Assembly (NCBI GenBank): GCA_047602425.1 | Contig: JASGHG010000001.1 | Location: forward strand, 352,001-416,000 | Source of the DNA: Nibricoccus sp. | Lineage (GTDB): Bacteria; Verrucomicrobiota; Verrucomicrobiia; Opitutales; Opitutaceae | Length of the DNA: 64,000 bases | Reading direction: 5' to 3' | Shown here: one piece after another, positions 59,729 through 64,000 of the stretch | Layout of the letters: each line of letters opens with the position of its first letter | Position numbering within the stretch: position 1 is the first letter of the stretch | Program-made: the position numbers and the translations under genes | The notes under the pieces: model-generated | The model's input: only the letters and a program-made list of their open reading frames with translations | The model's database searches: none | What the model was told of the DNA's origin: nothing

Positions 59729-60895
59729 TCAGCCGCGCTTGATCTGCGTGCCGCGCACGATGGCCGAACCACCTCGCTGCGCCTTCAAGGAGTCGACCGC
59801 ATTCGCGAGGCGTTTTCGCTTTTCGTCCGAAGCGCCAAACATCTCCAATTGTTCCGGCCGGTCGTCGACGCTGGAAAACCGCACACTCACGAGGCGCAGC
59901 GGACGTTTTTTCAACCACGCCTTTTTCAACAAAGGCGCGACCCACGGATAAAAAGGCGTCTCCAAATCGGTCGCCACGTCGAGACTATGCCCGGCCGACA
60001 TCTGCTCAAAATCGGGATAACGCACCTTCAACGTCAGTGTGCGCACGCGTTTCCCGTCGGCCCGGATCTTCGGCATCAGGTCATCGATCATGCCTTTGGC
60101 GATACGCTCTATTTCGGTAAAATCCGAAATATCGGTGAAAAACGTTTCCTGCTGCGAATAGGATTTTGCGTCTTCGAAGTCGGTCTCCACCACGCCGTCG
60201 TCCTCGCCGCGCGCCATGCGCAGCATGTCAGCCCAGCCGTTGCCGAAGGCGGCTTTGGCCTGCGTTTCAGACAAAGCCAGAATATCGGCCACGCGTTTCA
60301 GCCCGCGGGCATTGAGCGCCTCCTCGGTTTTCGTGCCGATGCCCGGGAGCTTACCGATGGAAAGCGGTTCAAGAAATGTTCGTTCCGCGCCGGGAATCAC
60401 GACGGTAAAGCCGCGCGGCTTGTTGAGCTTGCTGGCGATGGCCGAGACGAGCTTGTTGGACGCGAGTCCGAAGGAAACCGTGATTTGCAGATCGTTCCAA
60501 ATGCAGGCCTGCAAGCGCCGGATCGCGGCTTCGACCTCTGCGACGGTCTTGAAGCCGCATGGCCCAACATCGAGAAAACCTTCGTCGACCGAACGCCGTT
60601 CGACCAATGGCGTGATGGTTTCACAGAGGTCGAAAAGCTTGCGCGAATATTCGCCGTAACGTCCGCCCGAGTGCGAAACGAGAATCAAATCCGGACACAC
60701 CTTCAGCGCCCGTTGCGACGGCATCGGCGTGTAGACGCCACAGGCCCGCGCCTCGTAGCTCGCCGACGATATGATCCCGCGTTCACGACCGCCCACCGCA
60801 ACTTTCTTTCCGCGCAGCGACGGATCGAGCGCCTGCTCAACCGACACGAAAAACGCGTCGGCATCGAGGTGAACGATCGTGGGCAGCGTGCGCAT
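59729..60895 (-). CDS. dinB: DNA polymerase IV (Y family)
   Basis: VHLDADAFFVSVE, SASYEAR, SVDE, SKLNKPRG, LPGIG. Confidence 0.93.
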   Translation of the reverse strand: MRTLPTIVHLDADAFFVSVEQALDPSLRGKKVAVGGRERGIISSASYEARACGVYTPMPSQRALKVCPDLILVSHSGGRYGEYSRKLFDLCETITPLVERRSVDEGFLDVGPCGFKTVAEVEAAIRRLQACIWNDLQITVSFGLASNKLVSAIASKLNKPRGFTVVIPGAERTFLEPLSIGKLPGIGTKTEEALNARGLKRVADILALSETQAKAAFGNGWADMLRMARGEDDGVVETDFEDAKSYSQQETFFTDISDFTEIERIAKGMIDDLMPKIRADGKRVRTLTLKVRYPDFEQMSAGHSLDVATDLETPFYPWVAPLLKKAWLKKRPLRLVSVRFSSVDDRPEQLEMFGASDEKRKRLANAVDSLKAQRGGSAIVRGTQIKRG

Positions 60896-61029
60896 GCACC
60901 TAGCTGAATCAGCCCTGTTCACGCGTCAATCCACCGACACATTCCGCCTGACAGTCATTTTTACCGAATAGCGCGTTGCCGGGCTGCGGCCGTTGGCGTC
61001 TATTTCAAGACCAACTTCCCGCGCCCTCC

Positions 61030-63402
61030 ATGAAATTCCGCCCACTTCTTCTCTGCGTCGTTTGCCTCTGTTCCGCTCTGCTCGCCGTCGGCCGTGAGCC
61101 ACCGACCTCCGCTCGAAAAACCCACTCGTTCGATGCGACGTGGCAATTTCTCAAGAGCGATGCTGCCGGGGCTGAAAAGCCAGAGTTCGACGACGCCAGT
61201 TGGCGCACGCTCAATCTCCCGCACGATTGGAGCATCGAAGGGCCTTTCGACGAAAAAAATCCCACGGGTGGCGCGGGTGGATTTCTGCCCTCGGGCGTCG
61301 CGTGGTATCGCAAGCAGTTCAAACTCGACGACCTATCCGCAAACTCCCGCTATTTTATCGAGTTCGATGGCGTGATGGAAAATAGCGACGTCTGGATCAA
61401 CGGAATCCATCTCGGCAAACGGCCCAATGGTTACGTGAGTTTCCGCTACGAACTGACGGAGCATTTGAAAAAAGGCATGAACATCATCGCGGTCCGCGCC
61501 GACACTTCCGCTCAGCCTGCGTCGCGTTGGTACAGCGGCGCTGGCATCTATCGCCATGTTCGGCTGATTGAGATGCCGAAGGTGAGCCTGGTTTTAGGCG
61601 AAACCCAGATCGTCACTTCCGAAATTTCCGAGAAATCGGCCATGATTACGGTACACGCAAAGGCGACGAACCAGAGCGGCAAAGAAGCAGTCGTTTCCAG
61701 TGTACTAAAGATTCGCGACCCTGCCCAAACCGATCTCGCAACACAAAAGCTAGACGATATCCGCGTCAAAGCAGGTGAATCGGTCGATTTGAATTTCAAG
61801 GTTACCCTGAAAAATCCCGCGCTCTGGAGCATCGAGCAGCCCCATCTTTTAACCGCTGTCGTCACCTGCAACACCGACCGCGAAACGGTTCGCTTCGGCG
61901 TACGCGACGCTCGCTTCGAAGCTGACACCGGCTTCTGGCTCAATGGGAAAAACCTCAAAATCAAAGGCGTCTGCCTGCATCACGACGCTGGGGCCTTTGG
62001 TGCCGCCGTGCCGCTGGAAATTTGGCGGGAGCGGTTGGCTCGGCTGAAGTCACTCGGCGTGAATGCGATTCGCACCGCCCACCATCCGATGGCCCCGGAA
62101 TTCCTCGATCTCTGCGATCAGATGGGCTTCCTCGTGATGGACGAATTTTTTGACTGCTGGACGGTCGCTAAAAATCCCCACGACTACAGCAAAAGCTTCA
62201 AAGATTGGTGGGAGCGCGATCTGCGCGACACCGTGCTGCGCGACCGCAACCACCCGAGCATCATCCTCTACAGTGCGGGCAATGAAATCAAAGATACGCC
62301 GCAGGAAAAACTCGCGTACGGCATTCTTTCCGACCTCGTCGCCGCCTACCACAAATACGATCCGACACGCCCCGTCACGCAGGCGCTTTTTCGCCCAAAT
62401 CACAGTCACGACTTTGACAATGGCCTCGCCGACCTGCTCGATGTGATCGGCACCAACTACCGCGACGTCGAACTCCTCGCCGCGCAGAAAGCCAAGCCGA
62501 CCCGCAAGATCATCGGCACCGAACAGTCCCACGACCGCAAGGTTTGGCTCCGCTGCCGTGACAATCCGCAGCACGCTGGCCAGTTTCTCTGGACGGGCAT
62601 CGACTACGTCGGCGAGTCCCGCAAATGGCCAATCATGGCAAGTGGTTCGGGTTTGCTCGACAAAACCGGCACCATTCGCGCCATGGCCTGGGAACGCGCC
62701 TCGTGGTGGAGCGACCAGCCCGTATTGAAAATCGTGCGCCGCAAGGGTGAATGGAAATTCGCGCCCGCCGATCCTGGCTTCACGCCGCTTGATCGTTCGC
62801 AGGTTGTCTTTGCGGATTGGACGTCGCGCAACGCCGAACCGCATGAGGAAACCGTGGAAATCTATAGCAATTGCGAAACTGTCGAACTATTCCTCAACGA
62901 CAAATCGCTCGGCGCACAGAACCTCCCGGCCGACGCGTCTCCTCGTGCTTGGAAAGTCGCTTACGCGCCCGGTACGCTCAAGGCCATCGGTCGCAACGGA
63001 AACAAGATCGTCGCCAACGACGAACTCCGCACGGCGGGTCCCGCCGCCGCGATCCAACTCACAACCCATCGCGCAAAACTCACGCCGGGTTTCGACAACG
63101 TTGCCATCGTCACCGCCACCGTAGTCGATGCCAACGGCGTCCGCGTGCCAGATGCCACGCCGCTCGTCCAATTCAACGCCGAGGGCCCGGGTAAAATCGT
63201 GGCCGTCGACAATGCCGATATCACCAGTCACGAGCCGTACCAGTCCACCCAGTACAAAGCCTTCGAAGGCACTTGCGTCGCTTACGTGCGTGCCACCGAC
63301 AGCAAGGGTGCCATCACAATCAAGGCTGAAGCCGAGGGCCTCAAGGCCGGCTCGATTCAGATCGAGACGGCGCGTCCAGCAATCTTCCAACTCAAACCGT
63401 AG
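61030..63402 (+). CDS. Secreted GH2 beta-galactosidase-like hydrolase
   Basis: Signal peptide, LPHDWSIE, SRWYSGAGIYR, KGVCLHHD, NAIRTAH, RDRNHPSII..S.GNE. Confidence 0.9.
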   Translation: MKFRPLLLCVVCLCSALLAVGREPPTSARKTHSFDATWQFLKSDAAGAEKPEFDDASWRTLNLPHDWSIEGPFDEKNPTGGAGGFLPSGVAWYRKQFKLDDLSANSRYFIEFDGVMENSDVWINGIHLGKRPNGYVSFRYELTEHLKKGMNIIAVRADTSAQPASRWYSGAGIYRHVRLIEMPKVSLVLGETQIVTSEISEKSAMITVHAKATNQSGKEAVVSSVLKIRDPAQTDLATQKLDDIRVKAGESVDLNFKVTLKNPALWSIEQPHLLTAVVTCNTDRETVRFGVRDARFEADTGFWLNGKNLKIKGVCLHHDAGAFGAAVPLEIWRERLARLKSLGVNAIRTAHHPMAPEFLDLCDQMGFLVMDEFFDCWTVAKNPHDYSKSFKDWWERDLRDTVLRDRNHPSIILYSAGNEIKDTPQEKLAYGILSDLVAAYHKYDPTRPVTQALFRPNHSHDFDNGLADLLDVIGTNYRDVELLAAQKAKPTRKIIGTEQSHDRKVWLRCRDNPQHAGQFLWTGIDYVGESRKWPIMASGSGLLDKTGTIRAMAWERASWWSDQPVLKIVRRKGEWKFAPADPGFTPLDRSQVVFADWTSRNAEPHEETVEIYSNCETVELFLNDKSLGAQNLPADASPRAWKVAYAPGTLKAIGRNGNKIVANDELRTAGPAAAIQLTTHRAKLTPGFDNVAIVTATVVDANGVRVPDATPLVQFNAEGPGKIVAVDNADITSHEPYQSTQYKAFEGTCVAYVRATDSKGAITIKAEAEGLKAGSIQIETARPAIFQLKP

Positions 63403-64000
63403 CGCCGCCGTTTTTCTTGATCTCGTCGTTGTGGCGAATATCGCGCGCTTGGAAGAGAAAAACCATTTCCTCGGCGATGTTCGTCGCATGATCGGCAATA
63501 CGCTCGATTGATTTGGAGATAAACATCAGTTCGATTGCGCGTGAAATCGTGCCCGGGCTCTCGACCATGAAACTGGTGAGCTCGCGATAGAGTTGCTTGT
63601 TGATCGCATCGACCTCGGCATCGCGCTGGACCACTGCCACGGCCTTCGCGGCGTCGCCGTTTAGGAAACAGTCGAGGGCATCGCGCAGCATTTCCAGGGC
63701 AATTTCCGCCATGCGGGGAACGTCGACGTAGGGCTTAAGCTGTGGTTCGGCCGCCAGGCGCACCGCGCGCCGGGCAATGGACGTTGCTTCGTCCCCCACC
63801 CGCTCCAGATCGTGCGAGGCTTTCATGCCGACGATCACCAGCCGGAGATCGGTGGCAATCGGAGCGCGCAGGTTCATATATCGCACGGCTTCGTCGTCGA
63901 TTTCGACCTCAAGCCGGTCGAGTTCGTCGTCAGCCGCGATGACCTGATCGGCCAAAGAAATGTCTGCATCGACCAGGGCTTTGAGTGCACGACGGACCTG
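63392..64000 (-). CDS. phoU: Phosphate signalling/transport regulator PhoU (5' end outside the window)
   Basis: DDELDRLE..ID, APIATDLR, DLERVGDEA, IERIADHATNIAE. Confidence 0.92.
   Translation of the reverse strand, partial: QVRRALKALVDADISLADQVIAADDELDRLEVEIDDEAVRYMNLRAPIATDLRLVIVGMKASHDLERVGDEATSIARRAVRLAAEPQLKPYVDVPRMAEIALEMLRDALDCFLNGDAAKAVAVVQRDAEVDAINKQLYRELTSFMVESPGTISRAIELMFISKSIERIADHATNIAEEMVFLFQARDIRHNDEIKKNGGATV

Overview
High-GC bacterial chromosome segment. Gene content and style (VPDSG-CTERM-type protein, PGN-loop EF-P, many secreted glycoside hydrolases) suggest Verrucomicrobiota, probably Opitutaceae; this is inference. The backbone carries purM/purF, efp, typA, trpA, pfkA, dinB, phoU, a Wzc/beta-barrel/GT-C polysaccharide cluster with a sigma54 two-component pair, and GH105/GH3/GH27/GH2 enzymes. 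The standout is an ~880-nt non-coding stretch (about 12675-13551). It is built almost entirely of hairpins with GNRA/UNCG loops and nested long-range helices and ends in an intrinsic terminator: a large structured RNA, best candidate the Verrucomicrobia MISL class. Other points: (1) a ~20-kb stress-response island ending at tRNA-Gly(GCC), containing a type III PKS trio, Dps/BON/DUF883 microproteins, a GT-glf-GH2-GH1 operon and a nucleotidyltransferase TA-like pair, with a recurring RTGGGGTA..CC operator-like motif; (2) a 21 x 21-bp degenerate array inside a two-component locus; (3) a standalone OLD-like ATPase-TOPRIM nuclease; (4) a tyrosine-repeat loop in a small outer-membrane barrel; (5) five single-base frameshifts, four at or next to GGCC, probably systematic sequencing errors at a modified motif. 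No database searches were run; family names come from recognised motifs.
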